The notes beneath the pieces are model-generated. The model searched no databases and had not been told where the DNA came from. It was given only the letters and a program-made list of their open reading frames with translations. A stretch of 64,000 nt of DNA from Octopus vulgaris (lineage: Eukaryota), in contig OX597814.1 in the NCBI GenBank assembly GCA_951406725.2, positions 152,210,001-152,274,000 on the forward strand, in the 5' to 3' direction. The position numbers were made by a program, and so were the translations under genes. This document shows, piece after piece, positions 14,085-26,804 of the stretch; position 1 is the first letter of the stretch, and every line of letters begins with the position of its first letter.

Positions 14085-14113
14085 TATATATACATATATA
14101 CATACATACATAC

Positions 14114-14186
<73 letters not shown>

Positions 14187-14194
14187 CATACATC

Positions 14195-14556
14195 ATATAT
14201 GGGTACAAGATGTCACCAACGGTTCGAACAACGTGAAATACGTAAACGATGAGAAAAAAATGGAGAACAGGACAAGTAAACACAGAGAAAGGACCCTTCA
14301 TCAGTTGTCGGCTGTCTATCTACTCCCAATTTCTAGCATTCAGCAGCAATATAAGTCTTCAAAGACTGTTGCTCCCATAAATTCCCTTTTTGAAGACTCA
14401 TATTGTCATTGAATGCTCAAAATGAGGAGTAGAAAGACAGCGAGCAACTGAGGAAGAGTCCTTTCTCAGTGTTTACATGTCCTGTTTTCCATTTTCTCTC
14501 ATTGCTTACGTATTTCATGTTGTTTCAACCGTTGGTGACGTTCTGTACCCATATAT
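14195..14556. mobile_element. ~360-bp imperfect foldback element in (TA)n
   Basis: ATATATGGGTACAAGATGTCACCAACGG... pairs with ...CCGTTGGTGACGTTCTGTACCCATATAT. The arms meet at GTCTTCAAA-loop-TTTGAAGAC (~14355-14398). Both arms contain a CAACTGA(T/G)GAAG motif. Confidence 0.85.
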
Positions 14557-14583
14557 GCACGTTTAAATATATATGTATATATA

Positions 14584-14988
14584 GGCGCAGGAGTGGCTGT
14601 GTGGTAAGTAGCTTGCTAACCAACCACATGGTTCCGGGTTCATTCCCACTGCGTGGCATCTTGGGCAAGTGTCTTCTGCTATAGCCCCGGGCCGACCAAT
14701 GCCTTGTGAGTGGATTTGGTAGACGGAAACTGAAAGAAGCCTGTCGTATATATGTATATATATATAAGTGTGTGTGTGTCTGTGTTTGTCCCCATAGCAT
14801 TGCTTGACAACCGATACTGGTGTGTTTACGTCCCCGTCACTTAGCGGTTCGGCAAAAGAGACCGATAGAATAAGTACTAGGCTTACAAAGAATAAGTCCC
14901 GGGGTCGATTTGCTCGACTAAAGGCGGTGCTCCAGCATGGCCGCAGTCAAATGACTGAAACAAGTAAAAGAGTAAAAGAGTAAAAGAA
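14584..14988 (+). mobile_element. SINE family A, full length (tRNA-derived head, internal (TA)(TG) microsatellite, AAAAGAGT tail)
   Basis: A box TGGCTGTGTGG, B box GGTTCATTCC. Other copies at ~460-1030, 16718-17118, 33617-34072(-), 40495-40720, 45130-45310, 48075-48195, 49163-49595, 51452-51930(-), 56270-56440 and 60150-60320. Confidence 0.85.
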
Positions 14989-15000
14989 TATATATATATA

Positions 15001-15172
15001 TCTCGAAACGCGTTGCAGATATATCAGGGGACAACTGATGAAGGGAATGTTCTTTATGTTGCCTGTCTTATTTCTTTCGATGTTTGAAAAAAGTTTGTTT
15101 TCTGTTTTTGCTTTTTATGTTCTCGTTTCTCATTTTGTCTACGTTTTCTTTTATGTCCTGTACCCATATATG
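15001..15172 (+). mobile_element. Single-arm relative of the 14195 foldback family
   Basis: Shares GACAACTGATGAAGGG and the terminal TGTACCCATATATGCA with the 14195-14556 element. Starts right after (TA)n. Confidence 0.6.
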
Positions 15173-15820
15173 CATGTATACATACATACATATGTAGGTA
15201 TGTACATATATGTACATGTGAATAATTTATATTATTATATATAATAATAAATAAATTACATCTCTGTGTTAATGCAAAATACAAAAATTCTTTCAAAATA
15301 ATGTATTCGCATATGTTGTGTATGTGTGTGTGTGCGTGCGTGCGTGAGTGTCCGTGCGTGCCTCTGTGTGTGCGCGCGCGCGTGCGTGTCTGTAAGTTGT
15401 CCGTAGATGAAACAATAACACCGTCATGTCATATATTTCCCTGAGCAAAATAATATCGGTTGATTGCAAGCACTTGTTGCATTGCAACAGGTAGTATTGT
15501 GTTACATATTGCCAGAAGCGCTAGGGCGACCTGATACGCACACATATATACGTATACATACATTCATACATATTTTTATATACATTGCATCCATGTATAT
15601 ATTGTAAACCCTATTATTAAAAATACAAGCATTATTTGATTGGTGTTCACTTTCGTTGATGAGTTTCTCAGCCCTTCGCTAGATGTCTGTAGCTTCAGTT
15701 GTTTGGGGTGCCTTGTTAGATTGTTGTTTAGTTTTGGTCTTTCTATATTGGTGATAGTGAGTCAATGTGTGAATGTGTATATATTTTGTGGCTGTGTTCT
15801 TGTGCATGAATTTCTAAAAT

Positions 15821-15883
<63 letters not shown>

Positions 15884-16717
15884 ATGCCCTTTGTTATATA
15901 TTACTTTTTTTAAATATTTTATTCTTTTCTTATCTGCCAAGGTTGCCGCTTATAGTGACAGCTTATAAGTATGTAAATAATATATACATATCTTTATTGG
16001 GGCAGGTATTGGCTCAAAATATTTTGACAATCAGATCGAGCCCATATTATATACTTCTATAGAATATTCTGCGAGCTAAAGGAGCTGGTAGTCAATGTTT
16101 TAGAAAATGCAGAGATAGTGAAAATCTCATAGCAGCTAATTGACTCGAAGTGAATGTTAGATAAACGGACAAACGGAGAGAAAGAGAAACACTGCCAATT
16201 ATATTGAAGGATGGATAATTTCCTTGTCTTCTATATCTACCTCAACAATTAGTGCAGTCAGTATATTTAAACTCGTGCCGGGCACGCACGCACACACACA
16301 TGCTCACAGACACACATTCACACTCACACACATACACACACAAATATATGTATGTATCTGTATGTATATGCATGTTTGCATGTGTGTGTGTGTGCGTGCG
16401 TGCGTATGCGTGAGTGTCTGCGTGTGCATTGTGCACATAAAAGTACATATTTGTATATACACACACACATATACACATACGCTCATACACACCCTCACAA
16501 ACTCACAGAACGCATCCATATATATGAGTAAGGATATTGACTATAGTTTACTTTTGTTTCATTTACAAACATGTTACATTCAGCATCGCAACATGTTATA
16601 TGTAAATATGTGTAAATAAATGTAAATATATGTAAAACATTATTATTATAAAAGGAGAACTGTTGGTAATATATTCACCAATTTACGTCATATTTATTCA
16701 TCCATTACGTACATAAA

Positions 16718-17118
16718 GGCGCACGAATGGTTGTGAGGTAAGAAGCTTGATTACCAACCACATGGTTCAGGGTTCAGTCCCACTGCGTAGCACCTTGGGC
16801 AAGTATTTTCTACTGTAGCCTCGAGCCGACTAAAACCCTGTGAATGGAAGTGGTAGCCGGAAACTGAAAGGAGCTCGCAGAATCTATGTGTATATATACG
16901 TATGGGTTTGTGTGTCTGTGTTTGTCCCCCACCATCGCTTGACAACCAATGTTGGTGTATTTACATCCCCGTAACCTAGCGGCTCGGGAAAAGAGACTGA
17001 TAGAATAAGTACTAGGTTTACGAAGAATAAGTCTTGGGATCGATTTGTTCGACTAAAAAGCCATGCTCCAGCATGGTCGCAGTCAAATGGCTGAAACAAG
17101 TGAAAGATTAAAAGAATA
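16718..17118 (+). mobile_element. SINE family A
   Basis: Colinear with 14584-14988. Confidence 0.85.
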
Positions 17119-18222
17119 CATCAACATGTGTGTCTCTCTTTTGTTTAGACATAGGCAAACCTACGTTTGTATATGAGAGTTAGTGTGTATAAATATGAGA
17201 GTGGGCGTGCATATAATGAACACACCTTTGATTTATATTAGTAGAAACGTGTATTTTATGGCAAAACTCTAAGTAGATAAAGCTATATATAATATTAGGC
17301 TAAAAAGCCTTGAATGGAAAAAGTTGAATGTTTCGAGTTTTTCTATCTAAAGTGCTTTAAATCTAATATATACATGTTACTATATATAGCTTTGTCTACT
17401 TCGAGTTACTGCGTTCATAATGATTTTATTTCTCTCGAAGTTTCTAAATCATATATGTATTTTCACGGAAATATTTCGATATGAATCTCTTTCCTCACCA
17501 GCTTGATGAGAAGTCACGTAGAATATAATAAATATATGAAGACACAAGGATTTTGCTGTGTTAACTGTTTCTTTGATTTTTTTGTTTTGTTTCTGTGGCG
17601 CAATTATAGGAACAAAAGAAAATGTTCCAGCCATGACACTGTGTTGTATCTCAAGCAACTGTCAGTGTTATGTTTTTATAACCGCTAGTCGATCGAGAAC
17701 TTGTGAGTGAAAATACGTAGGCGGTAACTGTATAGAAACCCAACGGATGGAATACATCCGTAGTGCAAAAGTGCAATCTTGTCATGCACTGTTTCTCGCT
17801 GGTTCTGCCTGAGAAGTGCGTTAAAGTTACATATATTTCTGGTACATACAACCATTTACACATTAATTCAACGAGCACATAATCGAGTAAATGGAGCAAC
17901 TGAAACCCTAGCATCGAAACTGACGGAAAACCATCCATGCATGCAATATGTAAATTTGCTTCTGTGATCAAATCTAATATCTAAATAAGATATACAGCAT
18001 CAGTGATATATTATGTATGCAAAACACAATTTGATGTTTGAAAGATTAAAGTAAACGCAAAGGAAATATATTGCATTTAACGCAACTTTTAACTAAATTT
18101 TGATACAAATCAAAACTGGAATTATATGTCGTCGCCGCCGTTGTTGTTGTTGTGGCTGTTTTTACTGTTGCTGTTCCCGTTGAAGTTGTTCTTGTGGCTG
18201 CTTCTGTTGTTCTTATGGTTAT

Positions 18223-18824
18223 TTATTTCTTTACTGCTCACAAGGGGCTAAACATAGAGGGGACAAACAAGGACAGACGTAGGTATTAAGTCGATTACAT
18301 CGACCCCAGTGCGTAACTGGTACTTAATTTATCGACCCCGAAAGGATGAAAGGCAAAGTCGACCTCGGCGGAATTTGAACTCAGAACGTAGCGGCAGACG
18401 AAATACCTATTTCTTTATTACCCACAAGGGGCTAAACATAGAAGGGACAAACAAGGACAGACATAAGTATTAAGTCGATTACATCGACCCCAGTGCGTAA
18501 CTGGTACTTAATTTATCGACCCCGAAAGGATGAAAGGCAAAGTCGACCTCGGCGGAATTTGAACTCAGAACGTAGCGGCAGACGAAATACCTATTTCTTT
18601 ATTACCCACAAGGGGCTAAACATAGAAGGGACAAACAAGGACAGTCATAGGTATTAAGTCGATTACATCGACCCCAGTGCGTAACTGGTACTTAATTTAT
18701 CGACCCCGAAAGGATGAAAGGCAAAGTCGACCTCGGCGGAATTTGAACTCAGAACGTAGCGGCAGACGAAATACCGCTAAGCATTTCGCCCGGCGTGCTA
18801 ACGTTTCTGCCAGCTCACCGCCTT
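18223..18824 (-). mobile_element. SINE family B trimer (one head, three ~185-bp bodies)
   Basis: Three near-identical units starting at ~18223, ~18408 and ~18592, then a single head at 18773-18824. Confidence 0.9.
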
Positions 18825-19963
18825 ATCGTTATTACTGTTGATACAGCAGTTGTTGTTCTTCTTCCAATCAGGACTCACGCCATTAGCCACAAAGAATAAT
18901 CTCTGATTCGAACTTACTCTAAGCTACCAAGAATGCGTGTGACAACTTGAAGATCCACCCACCACACGCGATAGACTGGCGGTACCACGGGTGCGAAAGC
19001 TACATTGTTATCCGCATTCCGGAGGCTTTTAACGGGTGGAGAGCTGAACCATCCTGGGGTACAGAGGATTCGCAATCTAGACTAGGGTCTGAAAATTTAC
19101 TACACCATAGTGGGTTACACCATGGTTCCTCTACTTTGTAGAAGAAGTAGGAAGAAAGAGTGAGAGAAAGTTGTGGTGAAAGAGTACAGCGATGTTCACC
19201 ACCTCTCCCCGCCGGAGCCTCGTAGAGGTTTGGGAATCGAAACCGCGTTCTTACGACCGCGAGTCCGCTGCCCTAACCACTGGGCCATTGCGCCTCCACG
19301 TTGTTGTTCTTGTCGTTGTTCTTGTCGCCGTTGTTGTTGCTGTTGTCGTTCTCGTGTTGTTGTTGTTGTTGTAGCTGCAGCTGTTTCTGTTTTTCCTATT
19401 GCTCATGCTTTTGTTGTTGTGATTATGGGTGTTGTTACTCCTGATGTTATAGTTGTTGTTGTTGTTGTTCCTGGTGCCACTGTTGTCATTATCGTTGTTG
19501 TTGTTTTTGTCATTGTTATTATTGTTATTTTCTTTTCCATGAAAAAAAAATAATAAAACATCCAGAACAGAAAAAAAAAACAAACAAAACAAAAAGAAGC
19601 CAAGAAATTTAATCATCAGATGAGAAACTGTTTCAAAGAAGAGATACAATTTAGAATTCTTTTCAAGCTTTACACATTCACACGCACGTGCACACACATA
19701 CACACCCTCATATACCCACGTACATAAATGCAGACATATTTCCATTCATTTTTATTTTTTCGGCATTAAACTACTATAAACCTAATCAATTTATCTTAAG
19801 TTATTGAATCAATATGTATAAATATATGATACAGATATAGGTAGATATATGGATATATATATATATACAGGTGACAGACAGGCATACAAAAAGACAGACA
19901 GGTAGTTAGACAGACAGACAGATAGACAGAAAAACAGACAGACAGATAGACAAACAGACATAC

Positions 19964-20043
<80 letters not shown>

Positions 20044-21783
20044 GTAAACTCTTTAGTGAAAACAAGAATAAAATGAAATTACTAGTTACTGAAATATGTA
20101 TTATATAATTTATTGCTAGCTGGAACATCACAAATATTTACCCGGAGTTTTTTGGCGCCGATCTTCGGAATATTAGGAAATATGGAATAAGAAATTTGCT
20201 ATATAATCAACATCTGTCTAGATGATGCATCCCAGCTATCTGAACTGATCGAAATGGGAAGACAGAAACAGAGCGAGGCAGTAGGGGAAAATCGGTCCTG
20301 GTAGAGTATGATTATGATAAATGCTTTATATGTTTCCGTCGTGATGACGTCTGTTTTGTTTTGTTTCTTTTTTCAGACATTTAGAACTTTATCACTAAAG
20401 TAAGCCTTCCTTTTCTAAGACAATAGGATGTGATTGAAGGAAATTTGTATGACATTTTTAGTAAATCGAGTCACAACGCATATGCAATCGCACGTTGGCC
20501 TTCTACTAGACAAAATGCACAGTTTATTTTGAGCGCTAGTTTTGTAGTTCGTACCTAGAACGTTATCTACAATTACCTAATTTCCTTTCTTTATAAGCTT
20601 TATTGTATAGGGACTGACCTGTTGCTATACAATGACGATTAAATTTGAAAATGTTTGTTGAATAACATGAAACTATGTCGCAAAAGGCGAATTAGCAGAG
20701 TTGTGAAAGTGTCAGATGAAACGTATTGCTGTATTTATTCCGGTACCTTGCATTCTGAGTTCATATCCGGCCAAAGTAATTTTTGTCCATCTTTCATCGT
20801 TCTTAGACCACTAAATAAATATACAAGTCAACATATGCTGGGCTGTAGGAAATGTTAGAGCATTTGAAAGGATACCTTGTAATATTTATCTGGTTCTTTG
20901 CGTTATGAGTTCAAACCTCGCCATGACCTATTTTGGGCAATAGATTTAATTATCCACATGGTTTAACTCCTCCAAGCGACATGTGGTGTTTTTAGTAGAG
21001 TCTTTTTTGTTGCAAGTATTCGGGCTTGATTTTCAGTTTGTTTCCTCGTTCCCATCCACCAGTCGCGAGAGTCCTTTAAAAGATCGTGAACATCGCTCTC
21101 ACAGAAAGAGAAACAAAGTAGAGTTTATAACCAAATTTACACATTAGTATTTATTCGCTTCGAGATACACTGTTCCAAAGCATAATTATTTCACGTTCTC
21201 TCAAAATTTTATAAATTCTAATGAGATCAATATAAAATAATATTTGACTTCGTCTTTTGAAAGATAAGCGTAAAGGCTATTGTGAATCGTGTTAACACTT
21301 GAAAGAAACGTGATGTAAAGACTGGTTAAACTGCAGTTATAACCTAAGATTCAGTGCAATAAATTCGAAATCTTTTAATTTCAATACTAAAAATGATGCA
21401 CATCAAAATGCAAACGTTATATTTCTGAAAACATAAAGATATTTCCTTCTTGATTTGATATTTATTTTCAGTTCCATCAAAAGCGAGATAATGAAAATGG
21501 TTTTGAATTATCTCTTTATTCACTTCTGTTCGTATTTTTAGTTTAATAATTTTTCATTGTTAACGTTCATTATTTGATTCAGAATATCCAGAATATTTCT
21601 AACTGTCACCGTAAAAAGACTTCTTTTATTTTCCAAGGTGGTGGTTAAGTAAATATATGCTACGCTGCACAAACATTCAATAAAATCCTGATCTTATGAT
21701 CATCTCCCGTTTCTTTTTCTTTTATCTGTATCTATCATTAACCCTCTATCAGAGCCTGTACATCTCTCTTCATAACTGCGTAC

Positions 21784-21859
<76 letters not shown>

Positions 21860-22775
21860 GTGTGTGCGTGTGTGTGTGTGTTTGTGTGCGTATGTGCATG
21901 CGCGCGCGCGTGTGTATGGAGGCGAAATGGCCCAGTGGTTAGGGCAACGGACTCGCAGTTTCGATTCCCAGACCGGGCGTTGTGAGTGTTTATTGAGCGA
22001 AAAGACCTAAAGCTCCACGAGGCTCCGACAGGGAGTGGTGGCGATCCCTGCTGTACCCTTTCTCTCTTTCTTCTCTTGGCCTGCTCGCTTAGCCAGCAGG
22101 ATGGCGTCATTTGAAGACCAAAACAATGCGAAGCGCATTGTGACCAGCGATGTGTAGCAACATCTGATAACCTGGTCGGTCATGGTGATCACGGTGATAC
22201 ATACACACATACATACATATATATATACATATACACACACCCATACATATAGTGAAGGTGCTCAGTGGTTAGGGTGTTGCACTCACGATTGCGAGATTGT
22301 GGTTTCGATTCCCAGACTGGGTGCTGCGTTGCGTTCTTGAGCAAAACACTTCGTTTCATGTTGCTCTACGATAATTTCGTCATTAGACATGTGGCACGTC
22401 GTGCACCTGTACAGGTAATGGTCGATTTTAATGGAGAGAGCGGGCTTATGTGAGCTTATATTTCAAAAACATATTCATTCAGCCACAAAATTATTCTAAA
22501 TTTCTTGATATCAACAATTTCTTCTTCTCTGACAACAGTCTTGATACGTTATGAATCTATTGAGTAAAAGTTCCACTACACTCCTCCGTCGATTTATATA
22601 TATATATATATGTGTGTGTGTGCGTGGACATGTGCGTGTCTACGTGCTTGTGTGCATATTAATGTTTATTTTTATGTATAGCTATACATAAAACAGTCAG
22701 GCAATACATTGATGTATCAATCAATACCTTTAAACAGAGCAACGTATTTATTTTATTTTCAGATAAGGTAATGAT

Positions 22776-22816
22776 TTACTTTGACGTTTCGCCTATCTAG
22801 CTATCATCAGACACTT
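22776..22816 (-). ncRNA. Degenerate minimal hammerhead motif
   Basis: The minus strand reads TGT-CTGATGA-TAGCTAGATAGGC-GAAAC-GTC-AAAG, with the ACGT minimal stem III typical of PLE ribozymes. Stems I and II are decayed. Confidence 0.5.
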
Positions 22817-23097
22817 ATGTTCTTTTTGTTATAAGTGGAAAATGTCGCACTGTCGAACAACAGAAAAAATTTATCAGGAAAACAAACAGAATAAACGGAT
22901 GTGCGTGTGCCCGATCTCTTCATTAGTTGTTAATTGGATGCCGAAAGTTTAATGATTTCTAATTTGACAACTCATGAAGGGATTAGACTTGTGCTGTATC
23001 TTTGTTTTACTTGTAGGCGACTTCGTTGTCCATCTGTGCCATTTTTCTCATACATACCTACATACATACGTACATAAAAGTATACGTGCATACATGC

Positions 23098-23140
<43 letters not shown>

Positions 23141-23281
23141 TTATAATATGTTCATATATATAGTCATAGATATATGTATGTATGTATAAATGTATACATA
23201 TCAAATATAATAGATATAATAAATATATATACAAATATAATATACGATATAATAAATATATACATATATGTTTGTACTTGT

Positions 23282-23330
<49 letters not shown>

Positions 23331-24522
23331 TGTGTGAGTGTGTGCGTGTGTGTGTGTGTGTGTGTATGGAGCATCACTCATGTGTGCATTTGATGAAGTC
23401 AAACTGAAGTGTTTAGTTACTGCAGGAAAATTTTCCTGTCTATATTACAAATATTTTTCAGAATATATGTTATCAGTACTTTTTAAATGAATAAGGCAAT
23501 GTATATAGCAAAAATACACTTATATCATAAAAATTCAGTGGATAAAAAAAACAAAAAAAAACAGCCGGAAGATAGTGGCTGATAGTGAATATTTTTACGA
23601 CATTTACATACCAGTCGATATAAATTCAGTCAGCCATCACGTACTTTTAAGTTTAAACACATAGTGACTGCGGTAGCCATTTTAACTGTCGGCCATTTTC
23701 ATGTAATAGTTTAGTGGAGCATTTCTAAATAAACTGGAAGAAGAAAATCCTTACTATACCATTTTTATTTATCAGAAGTTAAAGTGGGCAGTAACTGACA
23801 AGAAGAGGAAACTTTCTCACGAATCTGCTACAGTAAATTACCTCCTCTTTTGAACGACATGCGTAAAGAATGATTGCAGTCATGCCTGTTGAAAGAAGCT
23901 AGACATAAAGACTAATTGCATATGTGTAAAATAGTCACTACAAAGGAACTCATGGCGCAATTTCTCTCCCTTTTTTTTCATTATTAATAATCAATGTTGG
24001 ACTTATGGCGGCGAGCTGGCAGAATCATTAGCACATCGGGCGAATTGCTTCACGGCATTTCATCCATCATTATGTTCTGAGTTCAAATACTGCCGAGGTT
24101 GACTCCACCATCATCTCTTTGAGGTTGTTAAAATAAGTACCAGTTAAGCATTGGAGTTGATGTAATCGACTTACTGTCTTCCCTGAAATCAATATTAATG
24201 TCAGACTTAATGTCAAGGTATGGGTATTAAACATAAATAGTTCTTTCCACTAATACACAAGGCCTGAAATTTAAAGGGAGGATGTAGTCGATTACGTAGA
24301 CACTAGTACTCAATTGTTTCTTATTTTATCGACCCCGAAAGAATAAAAGACGAAATAAACTCAGAATGTAAAGCCGGAAGAAAAGTCGCATAGCATTTTG
24401 TGCGGCACGGTAACGGCTTTGTCAGCACATCGCCTTATTAGATATAAATAATAACAATAACGTGAAGTATATTTGCCACTTAAATGTGGCTAACCCTTAA
24501 GGGTGGATGCCACAGTACCTTG

Positions 24523-24622
24523 NNNNNNNNNNNNNNNNNNNNNNNNNNNNNNNNNNNNNNNNNNNNNNNNNNNNNNNNNNNNNNNNNNNNNNNNNNNNNN
24601 NNNNNNNNNNNNNNNNNNNNNN
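24523..24622. other. Assembly gap (100 N)
   Basis: Run of exactly 100 N, a standard scaffold placeholder. Confidence 0.99.
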
Positions 24623-24698
24623 GCATGCATATAATCATAGATATATGTATGTATAAATGTATATATATATACAAATATAATATACAATATAATAAATA

Positions 24699-25038
24699 AA
24701 AAAAAAGACCCCCTTCGGTCATGAATGACCATGGGTTTGCACCTAGAGAGTTACCCTCTGAGGCACAAGTCTGGGCAAGGTTGTTTTATGGAAGACCAGT
24801 AGTCGCCCATGCATAACGGCCTCCCTCTCCACGCCACCAGTGTTATCCAAGGGAAAGACAAAGGTCGATACAGCTTGGCACCTGTGACGTCGCAACTCAT
24901 TTCTACAGCTGAGTGAACTGGAGCAACGTGAAATAAAGTGTCTTGCTCAAGAACACAACACGCAGCCCGGTCCTGGATTCGAGCTCACAACCTCACGATC
25001 GTAAGCTCGACGCTCTAACCACTGAGCCATGCGCCTTC
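24699..25038 (-). mobile_element. SINE family D, full length with a 13-14-bp TSD
   Basis: A box TGGCTCAGTGG, B box GCTCGAATCC, core TGTGTTCTTGAGCAAGACACTTT. TSD (C)AATATAATAAATA at 24685-98 and 25038-51. Relatives at 22253-22455, 38152-38380, 43575-43797(-) and 45345-45568(-). Confidence 0.9.
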
Positions 25039-25080
25039 AATATAATAAATATATACATATATTATGTACTTGTGTGTGTT

Positions 25081-25162
<82 letters not shown>

Positions 25163-26266
25163 GAGCATCACTCATGTGCATTTGATGAAGTCAAACTGAG
25201 GTGTATAGTTACTGCAAGGAAAATTTTCCTGTCTATATTACAAATATTTTTCAGAATATATGTTATCAGTACTTTTTAAATGAATAAGGCAATGTATATA
25301 GCAAAAATACACTTATATCATAAAAATTCAGTGGATAAAAAAAACAAAAAAAAACAGCCGGAAGATAGTGGCTGATAGTGAATATTTTTACGACATTTAC
25401 ATACCAGTCGATATAAAGTTAGTCAGCCATCATGTACTTTTAAGTTTAAACACATAGTAACCGCGGTAACCATTTTAACTGTCGGCCATTTTCATGTAAT
25501 AGTTTAGTGGGGCATTTCTAAATAAACTGGAAGGAGAAAATCCTAACCATACCATTTTTATTTATCAGAAGTTAAAGTGGGCAGTAACTGACAAGAAGAG
25601 GAAACTTTCTCACGAATCTGCTACAGTAAATTACCTCCTCTTTTGAACGACATGCGTAAAGAATGATTGCAGTCATGCCTGTTGAAAGAAGCTAGACATA
25701 AAGACTAATTGCATATGTGTAAAATAGTCACTACAAAGGAACTCATGGCGCAATTTCTCTCCTTTTTTTTCATTATTAATAATTAATGTTGGACTTATGG
25801 CGGCGAGCTGGCAGAATCGTTAGCACATCGGGCGAATTGCTTCACGGCATTTCATCCATCATTATGTTCTGAGTTCAAATATTGCCGAGGTTGACTCCAC
25901 CATCATCTCTTTGAGGTTGTTAAAATAAGTACCAGTTAAGCATTGGAGTCGATGTAATCGACTTACTGTCTTCCCTGAAATCAATATTAATGTCAGACTT
26001 AATGTCAAGTTATGGGGTATTAAACATAAATAGTTCTTTCCACTAATACACAAGGCCTGAAATTTAAAGGGAGGATGTAGTCGATTACGTAGACGCTAGT
26101 ACTCAATTGTTTCTTATTTTATCGACCCCGAAAGAATAAAAGACGAAGTCGACCTAGGTAACATTTAAACTCAGAATGTAAAGCCGGAAGAAAAGTCGCA
26201 ATTTTGTGCGGCTCGGTAACGGCTTTGTCAGCACATCGCCTTATTAGATATAAATAATAACAATAA

Positions 26267-26678
26267 CGTGAAGTATATTTGCCACTTAAATGTGGCTAAC
26301 CCTTAAGGGTGGATGCTACTGTACCTTGTAGCCCCAGGAGGACGCCCTATCAGATATCAGTGACTTTTCGTCACTGGAAAAAGCATATATATTTGCAAAG
26401 GGAACCCACTTTTCATCGGCAATCGGTGATTGTAACACGCTTATGACGGGTCAATACCCAGAAATTCGAGTCCGTGTGTATCATGTCAGATTGATGATGG
26501 GAAGGATGGCAAATACTGATAGGACACAGAAAGTGAGTCAATAGCCAGCTGGAGTAGGTATCCTGCTGGGGCTGCAAGCTACAGTAGCATCCACCCTTAA
26601 GGGTTAGCCACATTTAAGTGGCAAATATACTTCACGATGTCGTGCAGCTACTGTTTATACCTCGCTCAGAGATTTATT
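26267..26678. mobile_element. Element with ~75-bp inverted termini plus a 42-nt tail, flanked by a 16-bp direct repeat
   Basis: CGTGAAGTATATTTGCCACTTAAATGTGGCTAACCCTTAAGGGTGGATGCTACTGTA... (from 26267) is inverted at ~26558-26636. ATAATAACAATAACGT occurs at ~26254 and ~26679. Confidence 0.75.
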
Positions 26679-26804
26679 ATAATAACAATAACGTTATCGC
26701 TATATTGCAAACCTGGTCAGGTCCTCAGAAGCTGACCCATGAGAGAGAGAGATCATGGACACAACTCAAACAATGCACAGTGGTGCACAAATCGTATATG
26801 TATA

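Larger units (their letters stand above)
23160..26322 (+). repeat. Direct duplication across the gap (copy 1 ~23160-24522, copy 2 ~24630-26322)
   Basis: Colinear near-identical sequence, e.g. GGAGCATCACTCATGTG at ~23368 and ~25162, and GCCACTTAAATGTGGCTAACC at ~24475 and ~26281. Confidence 0.95.

Noticed and set aside
18223-18824. Regular repeat array resembling CRISPR or satellite
   Set aside because: The units are whole SINE bodies with no unique spacers, the context is eukaryotic, and there are no cas genes.
26281-26310. Hairpin followed by GCTAA, reminiscent of the HDV ribozyme P4-J4/2
   Set aside because: P1, P2, P3 and P1.1 could not be built from the upstream sequence.
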